A stretch of 63,677 nt of DNA, counting the filler, from Deltaproteobacteria bacterium (GTDB taxonomy: Bacteria; JAEEML01): NCBI GenBank assembly GCA_016283195.1. It is 5 parts of 5 records of this genome, joined end to end, with 100 filler letters (N's around TTAATTAATTAA, not from the genome) between each part and the next. Parts side by side here need not be neighbours in the genome. Positions count along the whole stretch, not along the records: positions 1 to 25,755 come from JAEEML010000023.1; 4 more parts are not named here. One strand, 5' to 3'. Under the pieces are notes generated by a model that was given only the letters and a program-made list of their open reading frames with translations, was not told where the DNA came from and did not search any database. The position numbers and the translations under genes are program-made. Positions 1 through 10,855 of this stretch are shown piece after piece. Within the stretch, counting starts at the first letter, position 1. Each line of letters starts with the position of its first letter.

Positions 1-297
1 CACATAGCTGCCATCAGCAGCTTTATATTGCCGGCACTCTTCCACGCTTTTACAAATTGCTGTTTTTACATTCTTTTCAAATTCTTCTTCAAATTTTGCC
101 GGGTCTATCTCGGCCGCTTTGTCTTCTTCTTCGGTAAATTGCGGGCGCGCTTCTATATTGAGGTAAGCTAGCTCTTCGCCCTCAGCCAGCTGAGGCAATT
201 TCAGCTTTATATTGCCCGCTATATTGCCGTTCCCGCCGCCATTGCAAGCTGCCAATGTAAGAGCCAAAGTCAGCGCTAAGAGGCTATGTTTTTTCAT
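1..297 (-). CDS. Lipoprotein of unknown function, 3'-truncated by window edge
   Basis: Manual translation MKKHSLLALTLALTLAAC-NGGGNG... shows a lipobox (LAAC). AAGGAGA RBS lies just upstream and the frame is open to position 1. Confidence 0.75.
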   Translation of the reverse strand, partial: MKKHSLLALTLALTLAACNGGGNGNIAGNIKLKLPQLAEGEELAYLNIEARPQFTEEEDKAAEIDPAKFEEEFEKNVKTAICKSVEECRQYKAADGSYV

Positions 298-416
298 TTT
301 TATCTCCTTAAAAAAGGCTATATTTTCCGGCACTCTTTTACTCATAAGGCCTATGAGCAAAAGCTAAAGCATTTTAGCAGAAATTAAGCCAAAGTGGGAT
401 GTTTTTTGCAGTGCTT

Positions 417-2306
417 TTATAAAAGAGCGGAATCCAATTCTTTAATAGCCCCCAGAATGGTTTCGGCCAGTTTTGGGGTGATACCAGGTATTTCACACAA
501 AGCGGCGCTATCGGCCTTGGCAATGCCCTTTACCGAACCGAATCGGGCAATTAAGAGGCGCTTTCTGGTGGGGCCCAGGCCGGAAATATTATCCAGCACC
601 GAATGGCGGCTGTTTTTGGCGCGCAACTTGCGGTGGTAAGTAATAGCCGCGTGGTGAGTGGCATCGCGCAGCTGCACAAAGAGCTTTTCCACACTACTGC
701 CGGCCCGTAAAATTATGGGGTTTTTGCGCCCCGGTAAAAAAAGGCGCTCATGTTGTCTGGCCTGATTGTGCTCCCGATAATCACTGGGGGCCGTGCGGGC
801 TTTGGCCATAGCCACCAGCGGAACTTTTTCCAGCATATCGCTGTCGCTAAGAGCGGCAAAAGCCGCGGAAAGCTGCCCGCGCCCGCCATCTATAACCAGT
901 AAATCCGGCAAATAATCCGGCAGGTTTTTGCCATCTTTAGCCACTCTCCTCTTTACTACTTCATAAACGGCGGCAAAATCGTCGGTCGCCCCTTTTATGC
1001 GATAACGGCGATAATTTTGCTTATCGGGGCGCCCATCGTTAAAGGCTACTGTTACCCCTACCACATTGGTAGCTTGCAATTGTGAAATATCTATGCACTC
1101 CAGGCGGTGCGGCGGTGCGGGCAGCTTGAGCATGGCGGCCACCTTGGCGGCCACTTGTTCATAAGTGCTGTCATTTAGAGCAGCGCTTTTTAATGTTTGC
1201 TCGGCATTAGTTTGGGCTTTTGCGGCCAGCTTTGCCAAAAGTCCGCGCTTTATCTGGGTTATTTCTACTTTATGCTCATAGCGCTCGCTTAGTTCGCCCA
1301 TGATTTCTTCCTGCCATGGCAAAGGAAGCGGCGTGCAGATGGTTTTCGGCGCCTCATGGAGATAATACCATGAGCGCATAAACTGGCTCAAACTATCGGC
1401 GGCATCATCAATTAAATCACTTTGAAAATGGGTTATGAGGTCGCGCAAAATTCCCTGGCGGATTTGTAAAAGCGCGATAGCCAGGCCGGTGGCATTTTGG
1501 GCAACAGCATAAATATCTATATCGGTTTTCTTTTGTAAAACAATTGTTTGTTCTTCAAGAGAGCGCTTTACGGCGGCTATTTGGTCGCGCACTTTGGCCG
1601 CTTCTTCATAGGCAAAACGGCCGGCCAATTCCTCCATGGTTTTAGTGAGACGGCCAATCAAAGCTTTTTCGCCGCCACCTAAAAGCTCGCGCACATTTTC
1701 CGCCGCGGCCCGGTATTCTTCCGGCGTACATTTTTGGCAGCATGGAGCCAGGCAACGCTTCAGCTCGTATTGCAAACAAGGGCGGGCAGTGCGCGGCCGG
1801 GCTTTAAAACGCTCGCTTCTTAGCTTTAATTCGCGGTCGCTGCAGGTGCGCAGGCCAAATTGGCTGCGGATGAGTTTTACAGTATTGCGCAGGGCAACCG
1901 AGCTGCTGTAAGGGCCATAATAATTGGCTTTATCCTGACCGACTTTGCGCACCAGCTCCAAACGCGGAAACTCAGCTTGCATATCAAGACGCAGCGAAAG
2001 ATAGCGCTTATCATCTTTAAGTTCCACATTAAAGGGCGGCTTATGGCGCCTAATGAGTTCGGCCTCCAAAATCAGAGCCTCTTTTTCCGTGGCGGTGATA
2101 ATTATGCGGATATCTTCCAAAAGCGGAGGTAATTTGGCAATAAAAAAGCGGTTATCCGAGGAATTAACAAAATATTGCCGCACCCGGTCTTTTAAGGAGC
2201 GCGCTTTACCGATATAGAGAATTTTATTTTGCGCTCCGATAAATTGATAGCAGCCCGGCTCTTTGGGAAGATTATTAAGTATTTCAAATATTTTACTTTC
2301 TTCCAT
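417..2306 (-). CDS. uvrC: Excinuclease ABC subunit C
   Basis: N-terminal GIY-YIG (PGCYQF...YIGKA), UVR helix, RNase H-like domain (ECIDIS, DLLVIDGGRGQ), C-terminal HhH (LDNISGLGP). Confidence 0.97.
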   Translation of the reverse strand: MEESKIFEILNNLPKEPGCYQFIGAQNKILYIGKARSLKDRVRQYFVNSSDNRFFIAKLPPLLEDIRIIITATEKEALILEAELIRRHKPPFNVELKDDKRYLSLRLDMQAEFPRLELVRKVGQDKANYYGPYSSSVALRNTVKLIRSQFGLRTCSDRELKLRSERFKARPRTARPCLQYELKRCLAPCCQKCTPEEYRAAAENVRELLGGGEKALIGRLTKTMEELAGRFAYEEAAKVRDQIAAVKRSLEEQTIVLQKKTDIDIYAVAQNATGLAIALLQIRQGILRDLITHFQSDLIDDAADSLSQFMRSWYYLHEAPKTICTPLPLPWQEEIMGELSERYEHKVEITQIKRGLLAKLAAKAQTNAEQTLKSAALNDSTYEQVAAKVAAMLKLPAPPHRLECIDISQLQATNVVGVTVAFNDGRPDKQNYRRYRIKGATDDFAAVYEVVKRRVAKDGKNLPDYLPDLLVIDGGRGQLSAAFAALSDSDMLEKVPLVAMAKARTAPSDYREHNQARQHERLFLPGRKNPIILRAGSSVEKLFVQLRDATHHAAITYHRKLRAKNSRHSVLDNISGLGPTRKRLLIARFGSVKGIAKADSAALCEIPGITPKLAETILGAIKELDSALL

Positions 2307-2377
2307 TTGGCCTTGTTTCTGTCAAATTAAGACTTAGGGCAAAAAAAGCGCAAATCCGCCGCAGGTTAAAATAAATA

Positions 2378-4654
2378 TCACTTATTTAAAAGATTGAGCT
2401 TAATGCGCTCGGGATTCATGGGGAGCTCCATTACCGGCTTTTTAAGAGCATTGGCTACAGCGTTGCCGATAGCGGCCGCTACCGGGATGAGCGATGGCTC
2501 GCCTATGCCTTTAGCGCCATAAGGGCCGTTTTTATAGGGGCGTTCCAAGAGGGTGATCTTAATCTCCGGAATATCCTGGATGGTGGGGATAATGTAATCG
2601 GTAAAGTTGGGATTAAGCATTTTGCCATCTTTTATAACCAGCTCTTCCATGATGGCCCAGCCCATGCCCTGCACCACGCCGCCCTCTATTTGCGCTTCGA
2701 TGCCTTTATGGTGAATAGCCTGGCCCACATCGTGAATAGCGTGCATCTTTTCCACATGCACCTGGCCGGTAATGGTATCGACAGCCACTTCAGCTACCAT
2801 GACGGCGTGGGCATAGGTGGTGTAAGACTGGCCCTGGCCAACTTCTTTGTTCCAGATTTTGCGATCCGGCGCATACCAGCCGTTGGCTACAAGATTGACT
2901 TTGGCGCAGTAAGCTTTATTGGCCAGCGTTGCAAAATCCATAATAATTTCGCCGCTCTTTTTGTCTATGAGCGCATCGCCTTTGATATCCAGCTCACCTG
3001 CTTTGCGGCCGGTATCGGCAGCGGCGCATTTTAAGAGGCGCTCTTTCATAATGAGACAACCGTCTTTTACGGCATTGCCGCTCATCACGGTGGTGCGGCT
3101 CGCTACAGTAGGGCCGGAATCGGGCACCAGCATAGTGTCAGCTTCGCCCACATAAATGCGCCCATAAGAGACGCCCAGGGTTTCGGCGGCAATAATGGCC
3201 ATAGCCGTAAAGGCTCCCTGGCCCAGCTCGGCACCGCCGATATTGACGCGCACCGAGCCGTCGATATTCACTTGCACCAAAGCGCCGGACCCCTCGAGGC
3301 GCTGGCCGCCAGCATGAAGCCCCACGCCGTAGCGCACGGCAGCAAGGCCAATACCGCGCTTAATGTGGGCCTCTTTGCCTTTTTTGAGCTCTTTTAAAAT
3401 GGGCGTCTTTTTAGCGGCCAGTTCCAAAACGCGCATAGCGTTGACATCGGCTTCCACCACATCGCCTAGGGGGCTTATCTCCCCGGCGCTAAAAGTGTTG
3501 CGGCGGCGAATTTCTACTGGATCTACTCCCACTTTTTCGGCCAGAAGGTCCATCTGGCGCTCTAAGGCAAAAGTCACCTGCGGAGCGCCAAAGCCACGGA
3601 AAGCCCCGCCAAAGGCATTATTGGTATAAACAACGAGCGTATCCACTTGCACATTGGGCGAGCGGTAGGGGCCAGTAGCCGAGGCATTGGCCCGCTCGGC
3701 CACAATAGAAGAGATACCAAGATAGGCGCCGGCATCGCAAATGGCTTTAACTTTGATGGCGGTAATGGTGCCATCTTCTTTAGCCGCCAGTTTGTGCTCG
3801 ATGATCATGGAGTGGCGCTTGGTGGAATAAGCCAAATCCTCTTCGCGGTTATAAATGACTTTTACCGGCCGCCCGGTTTCAAAAGCCAAAACAGAAGCCA
3901 CAGCGCTGGGCTCATTGGGATAATCCTCTTTGCCGCCAAAGCCGCCGCCGGTTGTCGCCTGCTGCACTCTTATTTTACTCATGGGCTTTTTGAGTACTTT
4001 GGCAAGCGCTCCCTGCACATAAAAAGGCGCTTGCATGGAACCGCGTAAGAGTAGCGAGCCGTCGGCGCCGGGGATAGCCACCACCGAATTGGGCTCTAAA
4101 TAGGCGTGATCCTGATAACCAACCACATAGCGGTTATCGAGAATAATGGGGCTCTCACTAAAAGCTTTTTCCACATCGCCGTGACGAATACACATGGAAT
4201 CGGCCAAATTACCCATTTCATGGAGCTTGGGAGCGCCTTCGGCAAGAGCTTCCTCGCTGGTGTGAATAACCGGCAATTCTTCTATTTCGGCGGTTACTAA
4301 AGAAGCGGCCTTTCTGGCAATTTCCGGGCTTTCGGCGGCAATAATAGCCAGGCGGTCGCCGCGCCAGCGCAGGTGGTCATAGGCCAGCAGGGGCTGATCG
4401 GCGCGCACTGCTCCGATATTATTGGCATATTTATCGCCGAGGTCGGCCGCGACCATTACTTTAACTACGCCGGGGAGAGCCTTAGCCTTGGAGACATCGA
4501 CGCTCTTTAAAAGGCCGTGCGAAACCGGGCTAAAAGCAATAGCACCATAGAGCACGCCGGGAAGCGGTTCGTCATCGGTATAGCGGCTTTTGCCGGTCGC
4601 TTTATCATAAGCATCAAGGCGGACAGGGCTTGTGCCAACCACATCAAACTTCAT
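2378..4654 (-). CDS. Xanthine dehydrogenase family molybdopterin-binding (large) subunit
   Basis: GGGFGGK, AFRGFG, QIEGGVVQGMG and AKGIGEP motifs; 758 aa; in an operon with the FAD and 2Fe-2S subunits. Confidence 0.93.
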   Translation of the reverse strand: MKFDVVGTSPVRLDAYDKATGKSRYTDDEPLPGVLYGAIAFSPVSHGLLKSVDVSKAKALPGVVKVMVAADLGDKYANNIGAVRADQPLLAYDHLRWRGDRLAIIAAESPEIARKAASLVTAEIEELPVIHTSEEALAEGAPKLHEMGNLADSMCIRHGDVEKAFSESPIILDNRYVVGYQDHAYLEPNSVVAIPGADGSLLLRGSMQAPFYVQGALAKVLKKPMSKIRVQQATTGGGFGGKEDYPNEPSAVASVLAFETGRPVKVIYNREEDLAYSTKRHSMIIEHKLAAKEDGTITAIKVKAICDAGAYLGISSIVAERANASATGPYRSPNVQVDTLVVYTNNAFGGAFRGFGAPQVTFALERQMDLLAEKVGVDPVEIRRRNTFSAGEISPLGDVVEADVNAMRVLELAAKKTPILKELKKGKEAHIKRGIGLAAVRYGVGLHAGGQRLEGSGALVQVNIDGSVRVNIGGAELGQGAFTAMAIIAAETLGVSYGRIYVGEADTMLVPDSGPTVASRTTVMSGNAVKDGCLIMKERLLKCAAADTGRKAGELDIKGDALIDKKSGEIIMDFATLANKAYCAKVNLVANGWYAPDRKIWNKEVGQGQSYTTYAHAVMVAEVAVDTITGQVHVEKMHAIHDVGQAIHHKGIEAQIEGGVVQGMGWAIMEELVIKDGKMLNPNFTDYIIPTIQDIPEIKITLLERPYKNGPYGAKGIGEPSLIPVAAAIGNAVANALKKPVMELPMNPERIKLNLLNK

Positions 4655-5123
4655 GGCGTTCCTCCTCAGCGGCGGCGGCGATGGCCTCTATAATCTTGAT
4701 ATAGCCGGTGCAGCGGCAGATATTGCCTTCCATGTTGTCTTTTATCTCTTTAGTGCCCAGCTTATGGCGGTTACAAGTGCATTTTTTGAGCAGATTATCG
4801 GCGGCAACAACCACCCCGGGGGTGCAAAAGCCGCACTGCACAGCATTGTGATTTACCAGAGAATCAATAAGAGCCGGGTTGTGCTCAGCCACCCAGGCAG
4901 CTGTCACTATATCGGCGCCTTCTACTTGCTGCGTAAAGGCGCAGCAGGAGCAGATAATTTCGCCGTTAAGAGCTACAGTGCAGGCGCCGCACTCGCCGCC
5001 GCCGCAGCCCTCTTTAACCTCGGTGTGGCCATTTTTACGCAAAGTGTCCAAAAGGCGCTCGCCATCCTCTACTTGCCAGATAGTTGGCCGGCCGTTGACG
5101 GTAACATGAACATCCACTTTCAT
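4644..5123 (-). CDS. Xanthine dehydrogenase family [2Fe-2S] small subunit
   Basis: GCGGGECGACTV, QCGFCTPG and GNICRCTGY motifs. Confidence 0.95.
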   Translation of the reverse strand: MKVDVHVTVNGRPTIWQVEDGERLLDTLRKNGHTEVKEGCGGGECGACTVALNGEIICSCCAFTQQVEGADIVTAAWVAEHNPALIDSLVNHNAVQCGFCTPGVVVAADNLLKKCTCNRHKLGTKEIKDNMEGNICRCTGYIKIIEAIAAAAEEERHEV

Positions 5124-5962
5124 TGGGCAGCCTCCTCAAGAGCGGCGGCTAAAAAGTCGCGGCAGACCTGGCGGCGGTATTCGGCAGTGGCCCGCTGGTC
5201 GTTAATGGGTTTTACTTCGTTATAAGCTATCGCGGCGGCTTCTTCTATAATAGCGGCCGAAAGCTCTTTACCTAAAAGAAATTCTTCCACTTTTTGTGCT
5301 CTAAGTACCGTTGGAGCCACCGAGCCAAAAGCCAGAGCGATATGCTCAATTTTGCCTTTTTTTATCAAAATATTAAGCGCCATACTGGCTACAGCTATAA
5401 TAAGAGCGTTGCGCCGCCCGGTTTTGCAAAATTTGCTGAAAACGCCTTCCGGCGGCAAAGGCAAAATAACCTCTTCCAGCCATTCATCAGCCGCTCTGGC
5501 TGTGCGTCCGGGACCGGTTAAAAACTCCCTAAGAGGCAACTGGCGGCTACCGGCCAGTGAGCTCAATTTTACTTCCGGATTATAAGGAGTGAGGCCGGTA
5601 GTCATATCGGCACAGGGTGAAGCAGTGCAAATATTGCCGGCAATGGTGGCGCGGTTTCTTATTTGCGGTGAGCCCACATGGCGCGCTCCCTCCACCAAGA
5701 GCGGCCATTTTTTGCACATTTTATCGCCGCCGGCGGCAATGCGCCCGGCCGTAATACTGCCGGGGAGGTGTAAAGCTCCTTGAGCATCGCAGTACGGTTC
5801 AAGGCGCGGCATGGCCGTAAGATCAATAAAATCGGCATCTTTTATGGCGCCGCGACGGATCTTGGGCCAAACATCTGTAGCTCCGGCCACCATGATATAG
5901 CCGGGGTGTTCGTGAATTGCATTAAGCAATTCTTCCCGTGATTGGGGACGTAAAAAGGCCAT
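5120..5962 (-). CDS. Xanthine dehydrogenase family FAD-binding (medium) subunit
   Basis: AGATD and VGSPQIRNRATIAGN motifs; overlaps the next gene by 4 bp. Confidence 0.93.
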   Translation of the reverse strand: MAFLRPQSREELLNAIHEHPGYIMVAGATDVWPKIRRGAIKDADFIDLTAMPRLEPYCDAQGALHLPGSITAGRIAAGGDKMCKKWPLLVEGARHVGSPQIRNRATIAGNICTASPCADMTTGLTPYNPEVKLSSLAGSRQLPLREFLTGPGRTARAADEWLEEVILPLPPEGVFSKFCKTGRRNALIIAVASMALNILIKKGKIEHIALAFGSVAPTVLRAQKVEEFLLGKELSAAIIEEAAAIAYNEVKPINDQRATAEYRRQVCRDFLAAALEEAAQ

Positions 5963-6116
5963 TTTTTACTCACTTTCCCAAGTGGCTGGGCCACGAGATT
6001 TTACCGCCACTAACGTTAGTAAAGAGAGCGCGCTAGTACAAGCAAAATATGCTGTTTCGATATTTATTTAAAGCAGAAAATAATTAAATGGCCGGAGGAA
6101 CAAAAATATTAAGTTT

Positions 6117-7376
6117 TTAAGGTAAGTAATCGAAATCGTGCTGGATCTTCACTTCGTGAGCTTCTTTGCCCTTTTTGAACTTAATTTCTCCCGGAGTAAT
6201 GCAATCTTTCACCGGGCAAACATTTAAGCAGAGGTGGCAGCCCACGCAGCGGTCAGTAATGGTTGGGCGGTGTTTATCGGCATCCCAGTCGATAGCCTGG
6301 TGGCTACCGTCAAAGCAGCTGGTGTAGCAGCGGCCGCAGCCAACACACTTGTCATAATCGATTTTAGGCACGATTTGGAAGGAGCGGTCCAAATTCTCGC
6401 AGGGGATGATATTGGGCACTGCTTTGCCGATAAAATCGCGGAGAGATGTATAGCCGTGCTCTTCCATAAAGAAGGCAAGGCCCTCTTTAAGATCTTCCAC
6501 AATGCGGTAGCCATATTGCATAACAGCGGTGGTTACCTGGATATTCTCGGCGCCTAAAAGGAGAAATTCCACCGCATCTTGCCAGGTTTCCACGCCGCCG
6601 ATACCAGAGACGGGGAAACCCTGCAGCTCGGGGTGCTGCTTGAGCTGGGCAATAAAACGCAAGGCGATGGGTTTTACCGCCGCGCCGGAGTAGCCGGAGA
6701 TGGAGGAAACGCCGTTGACCACCGGGCGGCCGCACATATTTTCCACATCAATGCCGCAGATGGATTTAATGGTATTGATAGCACTCACGGCGGCCGCGCC
6801 GCCCTTTTTGGCGGCAATGGAGGGCACTTCGATGTGGGTGATATTGGGGGTCATTTTGGCAATAACCGGCACATGGGTATTTTCGCAGACAATGCGCGTA
6901 TATTTTTCCACCAGTTCGGTATTTTGGCCCACATCGGAACCCATGGCGTGGCTGGTCATTTGCGGGCAGCTGAAGTTGAGCTCCAAAATATCGGCGCCGG
7001 CTTTGGTCATCTCGCGGGCGAGCAGTGCCCACTCTTCTTCATTGGAGCCCATGATGGAGACACCCATCACCTTAGTGGGATAATCCTTTTTGAGTTTCTT
7101 AATGATTTCGGCATTTTCCTGCCAGCTATATTCGGAGATTTGCTCCATGTTTTTAAAGCCGATAAAGGGAGTACCCTCTTTGCGATGGGTATCAAAACGG
7201 GGTGAACACTCATCGGCGATGAAAACACCGACGGTTTTATAAAACACGCCGCCCCAACCGGCATCAAAAGCTTTAGAAATCATTTCATAATTGTGGCACA
7301 CCGGCGAAGAGGAGAGAAAGAAGGGGTTTTCGCAGTGGACGCCTAAAAAATCTATAGATAGATCAACTTTTTTCAT
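6117..7376 (-). CDS. preA: NAD-dependent dihydropyrimidine dehydrogenase subunit PreA
   Basis: [15 protein letters not shown] and [16 protein letters not shown]-like motifs, plus two C-terminal 4Fe-4S motifs (CVGCGRC, CVGCHLC). Confidence 0.93.
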   Translation of the reverse strand: MKKVDLSIDFLGVHCENPFFLSSSPVCHNYEMISKAFDAGWGGVFYKTVGVFIADECSPRFDTHRKEGTPFIGFKNMEQISEYSWQENAEIIKKLKKDYPTKVMGVSIMGSNEEEWALLAREMTKAGADILELNFSCPQMTSHAMGSDVGQNTELVEKYTRIVCENTHVPVIAKMTPNITHIEVPSIAAKKGGAAAVSAINTIKSICGIDVENMCGRPVVNGVSSISGYSGAAVKPIALRFIAQLKQHPELQGFPVSGIGGVETWQDAVEFLLLGAENIQVTTAVMQYGYRIVEDLKEGLAFFMEEHGYTSLRDFIGKAVPNIIPCENLDRSFQIVPKIDYDKCVGCGRCYTSCFDGSHQAIDWDADKHRPTITDRCVGCHLCLNVCPVKDCITPGEIKFKKGKEAHEVKIQHDFDYLP

Positions 7377-7399
7377 ATCAAAACTCCTTTATATCCGGC

Positions 7400-8614
7400 T
7401 CAAATTTTAAGAAAATCGGCAATGGCAAAAGCTGCTTCTTTGCCGCTTTGTACAGATTCCACCACGGTGCGGCCGCGGCTCACCACCATATCGCCGCCAA
7501 GGAAAATATTGCCATCTTGCTTAAGATCGGCAAAGCCTTCTGTAGGCGCCTGGCCCACGGCAAAGATAACGGTATCGGCTTTAAAAGTGACCTGGCTCTC
7601 GTCATCCATAGAGGCAAAAGAGATGGCTTCTACTTTGCTTTCGCCTTTAATTTCTAGGGGTTTAAAGAAGGGCAGCACGGGAACGCCGAGTTCGGTAATG
7701 TAATCGAGTTCTTTTTTGGAAGCCGGCATCTCTTCCATTGTTTCAATAAAGACAACATTGACGCTCTTTGCCCCCAGCTGTTTGGCAGTGGAAGCGCAGT
7801 CCATAGCCACATCGCCGCCGCCGATGATGACCACTTTGCCGAGGTCGCCGATTTGGCCGTTTTTAACGCGGGCATTTTTGAGGAAATTGAGCGCGGTATC
7901 AACGCCTTGTTTATCCCATCCTTTGACAAATTTCAGCACTTTGGAAGTGGAGAGGCCGACGCCCACATAAACGGCATCGAATTTTTTGGCAAGCTCGGCC
8001 ACTTCTTCGCGGCTGACTTTGTGATTTTGTTCGAAAGTAACGCCAAGTTCTTTAATGGCGGCAATATCTTGATCAATAGTGGCGTCATCGAGGCGCGAGG
8101 GAGTGATGCCGTAGCGGAGCAGGCCGCCGGGCTCTTTATTTTCGTCAAAAATGGTAACAGCAACGCCCCGCTTAGCCAGCTCTGCCGCTGCGCCCAGAGA
8201 AGAGGGGCCAGCACCGATGCAAGCCACCTTTTTGCCGCAGGAAGGCGCTTTTTCCAAAACCTTCATGCCAAAGATCTTTTCCTGCTCCATGGCAAAAGAT
8301 TGCAAGCGGCCGATTTGGATGGGTTTATCAATGCCGCAGCGGCTACAGCCCTTTTCGCAAAGCCGTTCCTGGGGGCAAATTTTGCCGCAGGAAGCACCCA
8401 AGATGTTGTTTTCCCTAATGGTTTTGGCCGCGCCCTTAAAATTCCTAAAACGGATGGAGCGGATGAATTTGCTGGGATTGGTGCCCACGGGGCAATCCTG
8501 ACTACACGGGGCATCGATACAGAGCAAGCAACGGGCGGCCTCTTGCATCGCGAGACGCACGTCATAGGCTGGTTCGGACTTTTCACCATAGGCTAGCTTT
8601 CGCACTTGGGTCAT
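7400..8614 (-). CDS. preT: Dihydropyrimidine dehydrogenase subunit PreT (GltD-like FAD/NADH oxidoreductase)
   Basis: EAARCLLCIDAPC Fe-S N-terminus, IGAGP and IGGGDVAMD Rossmann motifs; directly upstream of preA. Confidence 0.9.
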   Translation of the reverse strand: MTQVRKLAYGEKSEPAYDVRLAMQEAARCLLCIDAPCSQDCPVGTNPSKFIRSIRFRNFKGAAKTIRENNILGASCGKICPQERLCEKGCSRCGIDKPIQIGRLQSFAMEQEKIFGMKVLEKAPSCGKKVACIGAGPSSLGAAAELAKRGVAVTIFDENKEPGGLLRYGITPSRLDDATIDQDIAAIKELGVTFEQNHKVSREEVAELAKKFDAVYVGVGLSTSKVLKFVKGWDKQGVDTALNFLKNARVKNGQIGDLGKVVIIGGGDVAMDCASTAKQLGAKSVNVVFIETMEEMPASKKELDYITELGVPVLPFFKPLEIKGESKVEAISFASMDDESQVTFKADTVIFAVGQAPTEGFADLKQDGNIFLGGDMVVSRGRTVVESVQSGKEAAFAIADFLKI

Positions 8615-8755
8615 AAACTTCTCCTCTTTAATTTACCTATGCACCATGCACAGGCGCTTTAGTCAAACGGTGTTAGTTTTAGAATATTTTATCTCATTTG
8701 TAAATAGCTTGCGGCAGTAATTATTTGCCAACATTCAGGAGGATAATAAGGCCTT

Positions 8756-9124
8756 TTATTTAGCGGCGCACTGAGTTTTAATAGCGGTTATCTCTGCCAG
8801 CTCAGGGTATTTATTTAAACGGCTAAGTACACTATTTTTTATATATTGAAACTCCTGGGCATAAGCAGGGCTGTCAGCTTTTAAAATCAGCGTGTGGCCC
8901 CTCATGGTGAGCGGCTTAAGATGGCTGGCCATCTGCGGGCCGACAGCCTCCTGCCAATAATAATGGACAGAGACCAAAAAAGCACTTTTTCCATAACCTG
9001 CCGCCAAGCGCTTGTGGCCCTTCTCCGTCTCTTCTTTGGCCAGAGAATTAAATAGTTCCCTTATTTCATCAAGGTGCTCGGTTGCCAGAGAGCTAACAAA
9101 GAATTGTTTGAAATTATCGCTCAT
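8756..9124 (-). CDS. DUF721 / DciA-like protein
   Basis: W-x2-AVG-x2-MA-H-x2-P...L-x-L-x-A-x-S-x-AYAQE pattern typical of DUF721. Confidence 0.7.
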   Translation of the reverse strand: MSDNFKQFFVSSLATEHLDEIRELFNSLAKEETEKGHKRLAAGYGKSAFLVSVHYYWQEAVGPQMASHLKPLTMRGHTLILKADSPAYAQEFQYIKNSVLSRLNKYPELAEITAIKTQCAAK

Positions 9125-9236
9125 TTTTCTTCCCAGGGCTAAATTTATATTGACCTCCGGACTCTTTTAGAGTACAAGAGCTTTCGCAAAATTTCAAGGT
9201 ACGCTTTTCGCGTATTTTGTTGATAAGGAGCATATT

Positions 9237-9536
9237 ATGGATCTTAAAGCTTTACTTGCCATGCCTGTAGCTAAATTACGTGACGAAGCCGGTAAAATCG
9301 AAGGGCTCACCGGTGTTAAGAATATGGATAAAAAACAGCTCTTATCCGCCATTGCCAAACGCGATGATATCAAACTGCCGGCTAATTTGACCTACAGCGA
9401 AGAAGGCCTCAAAGTTAAAGCCAAAGTCAGCGAATTAAAAGCTAAAAGAAAAGCTCTGGTCAAAGAGGGCAAATTTGCTGCCGCTCGTGCTGCTCGCAAA
9501 CACATGAAACGCGCTCTGCGTGATATGAACGCCTAA
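9237..9536 (+). CDS. Small basic protein with Rho N-terminal-like domain
   Basis: N-terminus LLAMPVAKLRDEA...GLTGVKNMDKKQLLSAI fits Rho_N helices. Lys/Arg-rich C-terminus; AAGGAG RBS. Confidence 0.6.
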   Translation: MDLKALLAMPVAKLRDEAGKIEGLTGVKNMDKKQLLSAIAKRDDIKLPANLTYSEEGLKVKAKVSELKAKRKALVKEGKFAAARAARKHMKRALRDMNA

Positions 9537-9557
9537 AATTCACTTTCTGCCTTCTGC

Positions 9558-9634
9558 GCGCGACTAGCTCAGTTGGATAGAGTGTCGGCCTCCGAAGCCG
9601 AAGGTCGTGGGTCCGAATCCCGCGTCGCGCGCCA
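9558..9634 (+). tRNA. tRNA-Arg(CCG)
   Basis: Cloverleaf with GCGCGAC/GTCGCGC acceptor, D arm AGCTCAGTTGGATAGAGT, anticodon stem TCGGC-CTCCGAA-GCCGA and encoded CCA. Confidence 0.93.
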
Positions 9635-9669
9635 TTTTATCTTTAATTTCTAAGATTTTGGGGATTGGT

Positions 9670-10830
9670 TTAGCCAAAGAGTTCGGCGTTATATTCGCCG
9701 CCGCGCATAAGTTCGAGCTGTCTGTCTTCCAGCTCTAATGTGGCTCTCTCGATAGTAATAGCCGGTTGCAACTCCTTTACATAGACTCTATCAATATGCA
9801 CCATTTTTTTGGGATCGTTAAATTGCCCCGCGCCCACCTGGCCGCCAAAGTGGTCAGAGCGGCCAAAAGCTATATGGAGGCCCAATTTTTCATCGAGCAA
9901 AATGGCGCCGATTGGTTTTAAGCCAAAGCCGCCCAAAACCCCCAGCCCCAGCTCTGCCATATTGCCATAAGCCGGCTCTTCCCTGAGACGCGCACTCTCC
10001 TGCCTGGCCACAGGCCCGCAACCGGTCACACCAATGGCTCTGTTTTGCTCAATATGGTAAAAGAGCACATCAGTGCCAAACTGCACCGGCAAAGTACCGT
10101 GGCTTTTACTTGGATTATCCGCCACTTCGCCTTCATAAGGCACAATATATGCCTCCCCTGAGGGCACATTGCCGGCCTGCCCCTTTTCGGTAATGAGGCC
10201 GGTGGAGGAATGAGCTTTACGGTAGCGTAAATCAAGATAAAGCGTAAGCGGCTCATCACGCCCTTCCACTTTAAAGACAATTTCCGCCCCGTTGGCTTTT
10301 GTCAGCCAGTTGCTGATAGCCAGCACTTTTTTCGCTACTTCATGATAATCAAGACGCAGCGCGGGAATCATATCTTCCGAAAAGCCGGGCAAAGTAGCCG
10401 CTTTAAAGCCATAGGTAGGAGCAGCCAGTTTTAGCGGCGCGGTAGCCGAATATTCAGTTGGCGCCATAATCAGGCTGTGTTTGCCGAATATTTCGGCCAA
10501 AGTCTCCTCCTTGGCTCCGGAGAGAGCGGCAGCCGAAAGGGGCAAATTATGCCCATCAAAAGGCCACATTGCAGGCGGCAAATCGCCGTTATTAGTCATA
10601 ACGGCGCGGTAGAGATAAAAGGTAGCACAAAAAGGCCCACCCTCTTTTTGGGCCTCTTGCAAATTTTTGTACCAATTCCAGGCGATGTGCCGCCGTTCCT
10701 GCCAGCGCGGATTATCGCTCTCTATCTCTTCCGGTAAATCCACCAAAATAGCTATATTTTGCTCCGCGGCAGTGGGGGCAAATACGCGTTCAATCAGGGC
10801 CAAAAGTTCATTTTTCGCAAGATATTCCAT
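9670..10830 (-). CDS. Aminopeptidase-like metallopeptidase (M29/AmpT-related)
   Basis: GNVPSGEAY, AELGLG, LLDEK-GLHIAFG and HID motifs match M29-type metal-ligand spacing. Confidence 0.65.
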   Translation of the reverse strand: MEYLAKNELLALIERVFAPTAAEQNIAILVDLPEEIESDNPRWQERRHIAWNWYKNLQEAQKEGGPFCATFYLYRAVMTNNGDLPPAMWPFDGHNLPLSAAALSGAKEETLAEIFGKHSLIMAPTEYSATAPLKLAAPTYGFKAATLPGFSEDMIPALRLDYHEVAKKVLAISNWLTKANGAEIVFKVEGRDEPLTLYLDLRYRKAHSSTGLITEKGQAGNVPSGEAYIVPYEGEVADNPSKSHGTLPVQFGTDVLFYHIEQNRAIGVTGCGPVARQESARLREEPAYGNMAELGLGVLGGFGLKPIGAILLDEKLGLHIAFGRSDHFGGQVGAGQFNDPKKMVHIDRVYVKELQPAITIERATLELEDRQLELMRGGEYNAELFG

Positions 10831-10855
10831 AGATTCCGCCCAGTACTAAAAATGA

